Below, piece after piece: positions 26,930 to 42,148 of a DNA stretch of 64,000 bases. Within the stretch, counting starts at the first letter, position 1. Each line of letters opens with the position of its first letter. The notes beneath the pieces were generated by a model, which did not search any database, was not told the origin of the DNA, and was given only the letters and a program-made list of their open reading frames with translations. The DNA is from Eledone cirrhosa. Taxonomy: Eukaryota. Location: the NCBI GenBank assembly GCA_964016885.1, contig CAXHJY010000992.1, positions 85,786 to 149,785 of the forward strand, read 5' to 3'. The position numbers and the translations under genes were made by a program.

Positions 26930-28100
26930 CTTATTTTTTTTTAATATTTTATTAAGGTTTCCCCTTGGAAAATTATTTTTCATTTTACATTGTTTCTATT
27001 CATTGTCTTGTCCTTTCATTGTAATTTTCTTAAGTTTAATATATATATATATATATATATGTGTATTACAGCCCCACGTTATACCCTAACGGATAGCACG
27101 ATCTATACGTGGATATTTTACGTCTTGATGTGGGAGCTAAGTATATGTTTTGTTTATTCCTTTACTTATTTGCATAGGTAAGTATATATTACCCGTATGT
27201 TTTGTGAAGGTATGTATACCTTCTCGTACGTATATTTGACTGTTATAGCGTATAATTTTTACATATTCTGGTATTTAGGGTTTGGCTATGTGTATACGGG
27301 AGTTTTGCGTCCGCGTGAGTGTGCAGGTTCGTACGTATGGTGGGTGTGTGTATATGTGTACTTCTTGTTTTAGTTGACTTACGTCTCCGAACATTCGTGT
27401 ATTTATTTGTAGGTATGCGTGTGCGCCTGTTATATACGTATTTATTTACTTATATACGTTTATATATTTATTTATTTATTTGTACACAAGCATACACACA
27501 CACACACATATTTATATGTGCGTGGTTTTGTATACCTATGGTAAGGTTTTGCGTATGCCTGTGTATGTACGTATCTGTTTGCGTGTATGTATTTATTTGT
27601 TTCTATTACTTCTGTATTGTATTTATTTACTTTGTTCTTAACTCTGTAGCGGAGATTCATTTGGTCTCCTAGTTAGAATTTTAGTCTACGATTTCTGCTA
27701 TACCATTTACGTGGTTTTGTCTTTGCGTCCTATTGTTCTCCACGCTCCACATATGACTTATTATCTTCGTTTTTTCGTTCATTGCCAGAGAACGTCTCTA
27801 TGCACCACCTAAGAGAACATTAGTCTACGACCTCTTTTATACCATAAACGTGGTTTTGTCTTTGCGCGTAATTGTTTTTCACCGCTCCTATTAATGACGT
27901 ATTATTCGTTTTTTTCCCGTTCTTTGCCAGCGAACGTTACCACGAACCAAAGTATCGTCTTCCTGTCTTCCTCCGGTTGCAACGTTTTTTGAAATATCCA
28001 GTTCTGCGTTTACAGATTGACTTTGTTAGTTTCAGAAGATCCCGTTAAGGGTGAAAGCAGCGATTCTTTGCTTAAATTTTCATCTGTTATTTTAATAAAT
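26930..28100 (+). mobile_element. TG-rich orphan pseudo-LTR-like segment with an internal ~140-bp diverged tandem duplication
   Basis: Composition similar to the Naiad pLTR at 44283-45527; ends in a hammerhead-like motif followed by AATAAA. Confidence 0.55.
28012..28087 (+). ncRNA. Type I hammerhead-like motif with CAGAAGA core variant (copy 2)
   Basis: CAGAAGA-T-CCC-GTTAA-GGG-T-GAAA-GCAG..TTGCT-T. Confidence 0.55.
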
Positions 28101-28204
28101 ATTTGCTCTACGGTTCTTATATATTTGATATATATTTTCCTTATCGAGCCCTCTTTGGATTTTAGTCTTCAATTTTATTATTATTACTATTATTATTATA
28201 TTAT

Positions 28205-28253
<49 letters not shown>

Positions 28254-28767
28254 CTGAACAAAAAGGAAAAAACGAACACAGACATATATATATACTAGCA
28301 GATTTACCCGGCGTTGCTCGGGGTTTGAAATTTTGCTAAGAATATACAGCTAGGAAGTAAAAGAAGAACATTATTTGTCTCCAACCTGTCAAAATAAGCA
28401 GAAGTCTTCAATAATTAATGCAAACGAATATTTAGTGCAATCTTTGTACACATAAAACTATGTTGATAATGAAGGAAAACACTGAATAGGATGTAGTTAT
28501 ACAAATGATTAAAGACAATACACGTTGCAAATCTGTAAAAAAAACAGGCAGTTTTGCTAAAATGCAAAAAGTTGTAATGAAAGCAGGGTTGTATACAAAC
28601 AAAAAAACAAAGAGTAGAATAAGAGAAAATCTATTCTTTGAGAGCATCCTTTGCTGTGTATGGTTAAATTTTTAACTTATAATCTAAAATATCCTGCATG
28701 ACATATTCATTGGTATGTTTTGTAATGAGTAAGGTGAAGTCAAGGCAGAGCTGTAATAAGTTTTTTT

Positions 28768-29662
28768 GTTAACACTGAAGCACTTCAGGATAGACGATAT
28801 TCTTTGTTTTTCTTTTCGGAACAAACGCAAAGAGATTATCTCGACTGCCAACTCGTGAGCAGACGTTTTGCACCGAAAGAGGTCATTTGAAACGCAATGT
28901 TGTACTGTCGGATATGCTTCAGAAAATCACGTGATTGTGAATGCTTACCTGTTAGAAGCATCTGGAGAGGTTGCGGTGGCTCCCTAAGGGTGGGCAAATT
29001 AATCTTACCGTTGGAGCAGCACATTCCAGCTGATTTCCCCCCCCCCCCCCCCCCCCCACACACACACACTTTTTAGCTTTACAATGTTGGCAAGTATTTG
29101 ACATGGCATATATTTGAATATCAGGATGGATTTGATAGTTTACATTAGGGTCATAATTAACTGCCTTAAGGTACCATCGTGAGCGTGATGCCTTTGAAAT
29201 ACTCCGCGATAAAGCTCTACGTTGAGCGTTACCCTCCAGCCGAATAGCTCGACTTGTTACAGTCTCTACAGCTCGTGCCGTAGCAGTAGCTGAAGCATTT
29301 CTCAAATGCCGACTTTGACGTTCTTGCTCAGTCTCAATTGCTCTTGCTGCAACATTAGCTGAAGCATTACGCGCACGGCGTCTTTCATATTTTTGTACTC
29401 TCTCTGCAGATCTTGCTGCAGCAGTATCTGTAGCATCCATAGCAAGGCGTGTTTCACGTTGCTCTGTAATCTCTGCAGCTCGTGCTGCAGCATTATTGGT
29501 TCACCGCACTAACCGACGCTCAGCGGCAGACAAAGATGTTGCAATAACTGTACTCACTGCATTTAGTGATTGTCCATTTTCGGTTATCGGCGGAGCGTCA
29601 TTTACACGCATTGTTTTCTTCGACCGATAGCCAATATGTGCATACTTTCTTTTACAGGGCAT
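28768..29662 (-). pseudogene. Helitron RepHel remnant: N-terminus fused to the extreme helicase C-terminus
   Basis: MPCKRK start, ETEQERQSR-type repeats, YDPNVNY, CQHCKAK, GMCCSNGKINLP, IRQYNIAFQMTSFG, then VCSRVG...TKNIVYPEVL; one TGA and a frameshift in a G-run. Confidence 0.9.
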
Positions 29663-29888
29663 ATTTGGTGAAAAGTTGTAAAGTCAAAATGTATGAATTG
29701 AAGCGTTACAGTTAACTTTGAAAGTGCAACAAATTTTTTTTTTGTATCAACATGGCTTATGAAAGTTTAAAAAATGTAAAAGTTGAAGGTCCCAATGGTT
29801 TGAATGGAAAGTCCCATAACGATTGTTCTAAAAATAAACAAACCATCATCAAAATCTTGTCAATTCGAGACTGCTGCGAGATTAAGCC

Positions 29889-30488
29889 CTTCCAACCATC
29901 ATCGGTATTTCTTCGCTTTAAAGCCATATACCTCCGGTTGGTGCGAGCAACGGCTAAAGAAAGTCGTTGGGACATGTAAATAAAGGGAACAGCGAGAGTG
30001 TAGACAAACAAAGATAGTGAAGCAACGAAAAGTGAGGAAGAGCGAGTCAAGTCCAAAAATTTCCATGAATATAAGTTCGGTGAAATCGTGAACGAGAGAG
30101 AATAAAGACCATCAAACCTGGTTGAAATTTGAGCAAGGAAGGAATTTCGCACAGGTCTAATGGGAGGAAGAAGGGGTCTAGTCTGTGAATTCGGTAAACA
30201 TAAGTTCTGTGAAATCGTATACCTGTGCGAAATTCCTTCCTTGCCCACATTTCAACCAGGTTTGATGGTCTTTATTCTCTCTCGTTCACGATTTCACCGA
30301 ACTTATATTCATGGAAATTTTTGGACTTGACTCGCTCTTCCTCACTTTTCGTTGCTTCACTATCTTTGTTTGTCTACACTCTCGCTGTTCCCTTTATTTA
30401 CATGTCCCAACGACTTTCTTTAGCCGTTTCTCGCACCAACCGGAGGTATATGGCTTTAAAGCGAAGAAATACCGATGATGGTTGGAAG
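29889..30488. repeat. Inverted repeat, 268-bp arms and 64-bp spacer
   Basis: 29889-30156 vs 30221-30488, about three mismatches seen. Confidence 0.95.
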
Positions 30489-30571
30489 ATCACTGATGAA
30501 GGACCACTTTATTCATATGTAACCCATTTGCAACTCCGCAGCACGTTTATTCTCATATATATATACATATA

Positions 30572-30639
<68 letters not shown>

Positions 30640-30743
30640 CATATATATATACATATATATATATATACATATATATATACATATATATATATATATACAT
30701 ATATATATGTGTATATATATATGTGTATATATTTATTAAAATA

Positions 30744-30819
30744 ACAGATTAAAGTTTAAGCAAATAATCGCTGCTTTCACCCTTAACGGGATCTTCTGAA
30801 ACTAACAAAGTCAATCTGT
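30744..30819 (-). ncRNA. Type I hammerhead-like motif with CAGAAGA core variant (copy 3)
   Basis: Near reverse complement of 28012-28087 with AGTTT/AAACT and ACAGATT/AATCTGT helices intact. Confidence 0.55.
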
Positions 30820-30863
30820 AAACGCAGAACTGGATATTTCAAAAAACGTTGCAACCGGAGGAA

Positions 30864-32293
30864 GACACTCATAGCGGAATCAATGGCCGAGCTAGAGAAG
30901 AAATTCCAAACATGGAAGCACGGCCTAGAGTCAAAAGGACTTAAAATTAACCTGGCTAAGACTAAAGTTCTAGTTTGTAGGAAAGAAAACAAGGCGGCGG
31001 TCCCTTCTGGGAAATGGTCGTGCTCGGTGTGTAGGAAAGGCGTAGGTAGAAACTCCATTTTATGTCCCAAATGCAAAGTATGGGTGCATAAAAGATGTAG
31101 TGGGATCACAGGTAAGCTAACTAAGAACATAGATTTTACATGTGGCCGGTGCTCTGGTGCAATAAGTAGCAGCAAGTGCCCACAAACTACTAGCTCCTTC
31201 AACTGCGCAGAGGGTTCTATAGAAATAGTGGACAGCTTCCGTTATCTGGGTGACAAAATCAGCAGTGTGGGAGGGTGCTCTAAAAGTACAGTAGCTAGAG
31301 TCAGAACTGGATGGAAAAAGTTCAGAGAGCTTATACCACTATTAGCCGCTAGAGGGTTCTCCCTAAAAATGAAAGGCAGGTTATACGATGCCTGCATACG
31401 AACAGCAATGCTGCATGGCAGTGAGACCTGGGCATTGTGTGCAGAGGATATACGCAGACTAGAGAGGAACGAAGCTTGCATGCTCCGCTGGATGTGTAAC
31501 AGTAATATACGTGAACGGCAAAGCATAAACGAATTAAGGAAAAAATTAGAAATAAGAGGGATCAGATGTTGTTTACTCGAGAGAAGGCTACGTTGGTATG
31601 GACACGTGATGTGCATGAAAGTCGATAGCTGTATAACAAAGTGCAGGGCAATAAAGATAGACGGTAGCCACGGAGTAGGAAGACCCAGAAAAACATGGGA
31701 CGAGCTGATAAATTCCGACCTCACACCTCTCCAAGACAATGTCACTGGACCGAGACCTTTGGCGGTACTCAGTAATAGAGAAGACCCGCCTTACCTAAAT
31801 ACAAAGTAAAAACCTACTACAGTCAGTAGGCATCTCTATCAAAACACACCCCCGTCCCACCACCTCCACCCACCCACACCGCCCCTTTCAATGTAAAGTT
31901 ATGTTGGTCCCACAACATCCAGGCCGAAACAAATGAGATCGTGCAGGTGTCACGACAAAAAACACACAGTCCACGCTGTAAATGTGGCCGTGTAGGCAAC
32001 ACGGTAAAAACCTCCCAGCCCCACACTGTAAATGTGGTTGGTGTTAGGAAGGGCATCCAGCTGTAGAAAACCCGCCAGACAGTCCACGCTGAAATGTGGC
32101 CGTGTAGGCAACACGGTAAAAACCTCCCAGCCCCACACTGTAAATGTGGTTGGTGTTAGGCAGGGCATCCAACTGTAGAAAACCCGCCAGACAGTCCTAT
32201 GCGAGCAAGACAACCACTCTTGCCTCAAGTGGGAAAACCCCCGTCCAAACCCATGCAAGCGTAGAACACGGACGCTAAACCTGATGATGATGA
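30864..32293 (+). mobile_element. RTE family A 3' 1.4-kb fragment with a ~115-bp tandem duplication in the UTR
   Basis: ORF 30883-31809 matches the family A C-terminus; (ATG)n tail. Confidence 0.95.
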
Positions 32294-33133
<840 letters not shown>

Positions 33134-36100
33134 TCATCATCATCATCATCATCAACGTTTAACGTCCGTGTTCCACGCTTGCATGGGTTTGGACGGGGGT
33201 AGTCCCACTTGAGGCAAGAGTGATTGTCTTGCTCGCATAGGACTGTCTGGCAGGTTTTCTACAGTTGGATGCCCTTCCTAACACCAACCACATTTACAGT
33301 GTGGGTCTGGGAGGTTTTTACCGTGTTGCCTACACGGCCACATTACAGCGTGGACTGTGTGTTTTTTTTGTCGTGACACCTACACGATCTCATTTGTTTC
33401 GGCCTCGAAGGCGCGGCACCAACATAACTTTACATAGAACGGGGTGGTGTGGATCGGGTGGGGGTGGGGGTGGTGGGACGGGGTGTATTTTGTTAGAGAT
33501 GCCTACTGGCTGGAGTAGGTTTTACTATATATTTAGGTAAGGCGGGTCTTCTCTGTTACTGAGTACCGCCAAAGGTCTCGGTCCAGTGACATTGTCTTGG
33601 AGAGGTGTAAGTGTGTGATGTCGGAGTTTATCAGCTCGTCCCAGGTTTTTCTAGGTCTGCCTATTCCGTGACTACCGTCTATCTTTATTGCCCTGCACTT
33701 TGTTATACAGCTATCGACTTTCATGCGCATCACGTGTCCATACCAACGTAGCCTTCTCTCGAGTAAACAACATCTGATCCCTCTTATCTCTAATTTTTTC
33801 CTTAGTTCGTTTATGCTTTGCCGTTCACGTATATTACTGTTACACATCCAGCGGAGCATGCAAGCTTCGTTCCTCTCTAGTCTGCGTATATCCTCTGCAC
33901 ACAATGCCCAGGTCTCACTGCCATGCAGCATTGCTGTTCGTATGCAGGCATCGTACAACCTGCCTTTCATTTTTAGTGAGAACCCTTTAGCAGCTAATAG
34001 TGGTATAAGCTCTCTGAACTTTTTCCAACCAGTTCTGACTCTAGCTACAGTACTTTCAGAGCACCCTCCCCCACTGCTGATTTTATCGCCCAGGTAACGG
34101 AAGCTGTCCACTATTTCTATAGAACCCTCTGCGCAATTGAAAGAGCTAGTAGTTTGTGGGCACTTGCTGCTACTTATTGCACCAGAGCACCGGCCACATG
34201 TAAAATCTATGTTCTTAGTTAGCTTACCTGTGATCCCACTACATCTTTTATGCACCCATACTTTGCATTTAGGACATAAAATGGAGTTTCTACCTACGCC
34301 TTTCCTACACACCGAGCACGACCATTTCCCAGAAGGGACCGCCGCCTTGTTTTCTTTCCTACAAACTAGCACTTTGGTCTTAGCCAGGTTAATTTTAAGT
34401 CCTTTTGACTCTAGGCCGTGCTTCCATGTTTGGAATTTCTTCTCTAGCTCGGCCATTGATTCCGCTATGAGTGTCAGGTCGTCTGCGTATAGGAGTTCCC
34501 ATGGGCAGCCTGTCTTGAACTCCTCTGTTATAGCCTGAAGGGCAATAATAAATAGTAGTGGACTGAGAACAGAGCCCTGATGGACGCCAACTTTTACGCT
34601 AAACTCTTCACTATATTCGTTGTTAATTCTAACCTTGCTGACTGTTTCTTTATACATGGCTTGTATAGCCCTCACAAGCCATTCGTCAACGCCTAGTTTT
34701 CTAAGAGCCCACCAGATAATGGAGCGGGGGACTCTGTCGAAGGCTTTCTCCAAGTCGACAAAAGCTAAGTAGAGGGGTTTACCTTTAGCTAGGTACTTCT
34801 CCTGTAGTTGTCGTACTATGAAAAGAGCGTCTGTGGTACTTTTGCCTGACACAAACCCGAACTGCATTTCATCTAGGTCAATTCTCTCTCTGATTAGTTG
34901 CGCTATTACTCTTTCCGTGACCTTCATGACCTGGTCGATTAATTTAATGCCTCTATAGTTACTCCTATCTAGGGCGTCTCCTTTACCCTTATAACAGTTA
35001 ACGATGATGCTGCTATGCCAGTCCTTCGGAACAACCCCATTCTGTACGACTTGGTTAACTATGCGGGTGACCATGGTGTGTCCCACCGTGCCAGATGCCT
35101 TCAGCATCTCAGCAACTATTTCCGAAGGCCCAGCCGCCTTACCAGTCTTCATATCCTTGATTGCCTTACTTATTATACTCCCCTCGACTAACACTGCTGG
35201 TCCCTCTATTGGGTCGATATGGGGGAGACTGCCTTTCTCCCAATTATTCTCCTCATTTAGAAGCCTTTCATAGTGACACTTCCAAGCTACCTTCTTATCA
35301 GCGTCGGTGATGGCAAGTGTGCCATTGTCGTTTAGTACACACTTCTCCCCGACAATGTCACGGTTTTCCTTGACGCATTGCCTAGCAATCCTGAACACCT
35401 CACGTTTTTGGTCATCGCGTTGTAGAACATGCTTGAACTTTCTTTCCTCAGCTTCCCTTCTTGCTAAGTACACTTGTCTCCTAGCTTCCCTCCTGGCCAC
35501 TTGATAGTCCTCTCTACTTCCCCCATCCCGCCATACTTTCCAAGCCTGCTTTTTGGCCTTAATTGACCCCTCCACCTTACTGTTCCACCACCATGTTACT
35601 CTCCTCCTGCCTACAGGCCTGCTCCAGCCACAGACTTCGTCTGTCGCCAACAGCAGGTTTGCTTTCAGAAATTCCCACTCTCCCTCTATATTGTCCGACT
35701 CTAAATGTTCTTCCTTACTGTCGAAAGCATCAAGTAATATGCTTTGAAATTTATTCCTGGCTGTGGGGTCCTTTAGCTTCCATATTTTCCTCCTGAGGAT
35801 AGTCCTCTTCTGTTGTCGAGTACGTCTCGTCCTGACTATGAGGTCGCTAATTATCAGTCTATGTTGGGAGGTGCATTCTTCATGGGGGAGGGATTTAGTG
35901 TTAACAACAGACACTCTGTCACGTCTTCTGGTAAGGATATAATCTACCTGGCTTGTGTGTTCCCCGGATCTATAGGTGATCAGGTGATTGTCACGTTTTT
36001 TGAAGTTAGTGTTACAGATAGTTAGGTTATTTGCATCACAGAATTCCAGGATTCTGGAGCCTTCCTCATTTCTAGTACCAAACCCATAGCCTCCATGGAT

Positions 36101-37596
36101 TTCGTCGTAGCCGTCACAATGTTGTCCAACGTAACCATTTAGGTCGCCTGCGATAATTATATAGTCACTGTCGGATATTTGGGAGGTAGTTAGCATCAGT
36201 GTCTCATAGAATCTGTCTTTTATAGTGCCGGGCAGTCCGGATTGGGGTGCGTACGCAGATATTACTGTCACCGTAGTTCTATTGAGGACAAGTCGTATTT
36301 TAATTATTCTGTCGTTCACTCTATTTACGTCTATTATCTTATCTGCCCACTTTTCTGCTACCATGATTCCTACTCCACCCAGCCCATCGTCGTTTCCCAC
36401 CCAGAAAAGCTTATAACAACGTTTTTTACCCTCAATGAACCTAGCAGACCCACCCCTCCACCTGGTCTCTTGAATACAACAAACATCGACCTCCTTACGT
36501 TCAAGCATTTCTACAACCTCGTTAGCGCGACCCTTTAGGGTGCCTACATTTATGGTACCAACTCTGAAGTTTTGGATTGCGTTTGGGGGTTGGGGGCGGT
36601 GAGGGGCGGGGGGCGATGGGGTTATGTTAGCCGTCCGCGGTCGAAACAATGAGGAGTGCTCGCATTCTCGTCCAAGGGGTGAATTTGTCTTTATCTTTGG
36701 CATTGTCGCTGAGCGTCCAGATTTTTCTCTCTCACCTCCACTCTCCAGGATTCCGCAGTCCATCCATCCATCATATATCGTATATCGTATAGCGAAAGGC
36801 AACCAGGCAAGCGATAGTATAGGCCTCTGGTTTCTGATTGGTCCGCGTAATAATACTGGTGATGCGTGGGGGCTGTTTTATGATTGGTCCACGTAATAGC
36901 AATGGTGGTGTGTGGGGGTGGGAGGGAGGGGTGTTGGGTAGCTAGCAAGAAGGTAATGATTGAGTGGGGTCTATGCATTTAACAAGCGATTAACAAAAAT
37001 ACAAAATTTGTTCTGTTAAATACGTCCAAAAACCCACGTATTTAGCACTTAATAGAAACAGAAAATGTAGTTTGTTTTAGCGATAGATTGGCTATTTGGA
37101 CTTGAATACGAAATGTGGATTGTTTTGAAAATACGCTAGGAGAGAGAGAGAGAGAGATGAAGTCTGTACATTACGTTTACATGAATTTCGTTTGGACAGC
37201 AAGCAAAGAAATGAAATTTGGCGAAGTGAATTCCTATCATATATTTATAGGGAGAGAGAGAGAGAGTGCGAGGGTAGGGGGCCACATGATGGCTGTGGGT
37301 GTTAGGCGTTTGACCGCCCCGTGCCTTCGAAGAAGGAAGAAGGAAAGGATTTTGCTTTTTTTTTGTTTTGAAGATACGCTAGAATTAGGGGATTGGGGTT
37401 TGAAAATACGTTAGGAATTAAGGTTTGAAAATAGCTAGCAAGAAGGTAATGATTGAGTGGGGTCTATGCATTTAACAAGCGATTAACAAAAATACAAAAT
37501 TTGTTCTGTTAAATACGTCCAAAAACCCACGTATTTAGCACTTAATAGAAACAGAAAATGTAGTTTGTTTTAGCGATAGATTGGCTATTTGGACTT
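33134..37596 (-). mobile_element. Full-length RTE LINE family A, copy 1 (5' boundary between ~37100 and 37596)
   Basis: (CAT)n tail, ~380-bp 3' UTR, single intact ORF, 5' region homologous to copy 2. Confidence 0.95.
33533..36703 (-). CDS. RTE ORF: AP endonuclease + reverse transcriptase + inserted PHD-type finger (1056 aa from MPKIKT)
   Basis: GTINVGTL, CCIQETRW, SAYAPQ, GDLNG, QVDYIL, SQHRL; [33 protein letters not shown]; no stops. Confidence 0.95.
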   Translation of the reverse strand: MPKIKTNSPLGRECEHSSLFRPRTANITPSPPAPHRPQPPNAIQNFRVGTINVGTLKGRANEVVEMLERKEVDVCCIQETRWRGGSARFIEGKKRCYKLFWVGNDDGLGGVGIMVAEKWADKIIDVNRVNDRIIKIRLVLNRTTVTVISAYAPQSGLPGTIKDRFYETLMLTTSQISDSDYIIIAGDLNGYVGQHCDGYDEIHGGYGFGTRNEEGSRILEFCDANNLTICNTNFKKRDNHLITYRSGEHTSQVDYILTRRRDRVSVVNTKSLPHEECTSQHRLIISDLIVRTRRTRQQKRTILRRKIWKLKDPTARNKFQSILLDAFDSKEEHLESDNIEGEWEFLKANLLLATDEVCGWSRPVGRRRVTWWWNSKVEGSIKAKKQAWKVWRDGGSREDYQVARREARRQVYLARREAEERKFKHVLQRDDQKREVFRIARQCVKENRDIVGEKCVLNDNGTLAITDADKKVAWKCHYERLLNEENNWEKGSLPHIDPIEGPAVLVEGSIISKAIKDMKTGKAAGPSEIVAEMLKASGTVGHTMVTRIVNQVVQNGVVPKDWHSSIIVNCYKGKGDALDRSNYRGIKLIDQVMKVTERVIAQLIRERIDLDEMQFGFVSGKSTTDALFIVRQLQEKYLAKGKPLYLAFVDLEKAFDRVPRSIIWWALRKLGVDEWLVRAIQAMYKETVSKVRINNEYSEEFSVKVGVHQGSVLSPLLFIIALQAITEEFKTGCPWELLYADDLTLIAESMAELEKKFQTWKHGLESKGLKINLAKTKVLVCRKENKAAVPSGKWSCSVCRKGVGRNSILCPKCKVWVHKRCSGITGKLTKNIDFTCGRCSGAISSSKCPQTTSSFNCAEGSIEIVDSFRYLGDKISSGGGCSESTVARVRTGWKKFRELIPLLAAKGFSLKMKGRLYDACIRTAMLHGSETWALCAEDIRRLERNEACMLRWMCNSNIRERQSINELRKKLEIRGIRCCLLERRLRWYGHVMRMKVDSCITKCRAIKIDGSHGIGRPRKTWDELINSDITHLHLSKTMSLDRDLWRYSVTEKTRLT

Positions 37597-41140
<3,544 letters not shown>

Positions 41141-41283
41141 TACGTGTCTTTATATCCGTGTTTTTGACATCTCGGTTATATGTTTTGTTCCTTTTTTCTT
41201 CTCCCCCCCCCTTCCTTTTTTTTTACTTACTCAGTTTCATACATGGGCATGTAAACAGGTTTATATGCGTGAGTATAGGTATG

Positions 41284-41315
<32 letters not shown>

Positions 41316-41851
41316 CGTATCGAACGTATGGAAGTGTAAGTGCGCGTGTTTATATAAGCATAATTATTTTTACATTTCTTTTGTGAGACACGCGTGTCTG
41401 TGTATGTATATACCCCCCTTTTTTTGTTTTCTTTAATTTTTTCTTTCTAATTTATCGTTATTATATTTTTATAAATATATCGAGACTGACCCTTTTCTTT
41501 TAATTATTACACTCCCTTACCTCCTTTCTTTCCGCACCTAAGCGTACGAGTGTCCAGGCGTTTTATGCGCGCGCCTTCATATTCGTATATTTACGATGTA
41601 ACCATTTCTGTTTGTATAATACAGACATATAGCTACATTTGCCCTATTTTAGAATTACGCACACTTTCTCACGATACATGTACATGTACACATATACATA
41701 TATGCACATCTGTGAGCGTATATACATACATATACACACACCTAACTATATTTCTTGATAGATTTTTATATATTTCAATTTCTATTTCATTTATCTATAT
41801 CTTTTTATGATTTTCTTGATGTGTTTTTCTAAGTATTTGCCCATGTTTTAT

Positions 41852-41929
41852 ATTGCCTCGTCTGATGAACGAATGAAGTCGTTTATTTCGTATTCGACTC
41901 ATTCAGGAAACCTCTGGTAATGAGGTAAT
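41852..41929 (+). ncRNA. Type I hammerhead ribozyme in the 5' pLTR
   Basis: Stem I ATTGCCTCGT/ATGAGGTAAT, CTGATGA, long stem II GAATGA..TCATTC, GAA-ACC-TCT-GGT-A; predicted cut after 41919. Confidence 0.8.
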
Positions 41930-42148
41930 TAAATTGTATTGATTTTTATACATTAAATTTTGCTCTGATACTGACATAGAGCACTCTTCACTTCTATGAC
42001 CTTTTCTGTTTCCAACGGAAATTTCAATACTTATAAAGCTCCCAAGGGAATGATCGCAGCATATTCTACATCGTTATGAGATTGGCACCTTCCAGCCCTT
42101 TTAAAGTCGAGCACTCTTCAGTCATAGGATTTTAAACCAATACCGAAC

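Larger units (their letters stand above)
28295..30555 (-). mobile_element. Internally deleted Helitron (3' end firm, 5' end inferred)
   Basis: 3' hairpin CCCGAGCAACGCCGGG plus CTAG at 28295-28298; RepHel remnants inside. Confidence 0.85.

Noticed and set aside
30493-30530. CTGATGA hammerhead seed (also CTGACGA at ~7310 and CTGATAG at 18661)
   Set aside because: No properly placed stem II-GAAA-stem III
33723-36538. Plus-strand ORFs overlapping the RTE ORF, recurring in several copies
   Set aside because: Antisense shadow frames; recurrence reflects copy identity
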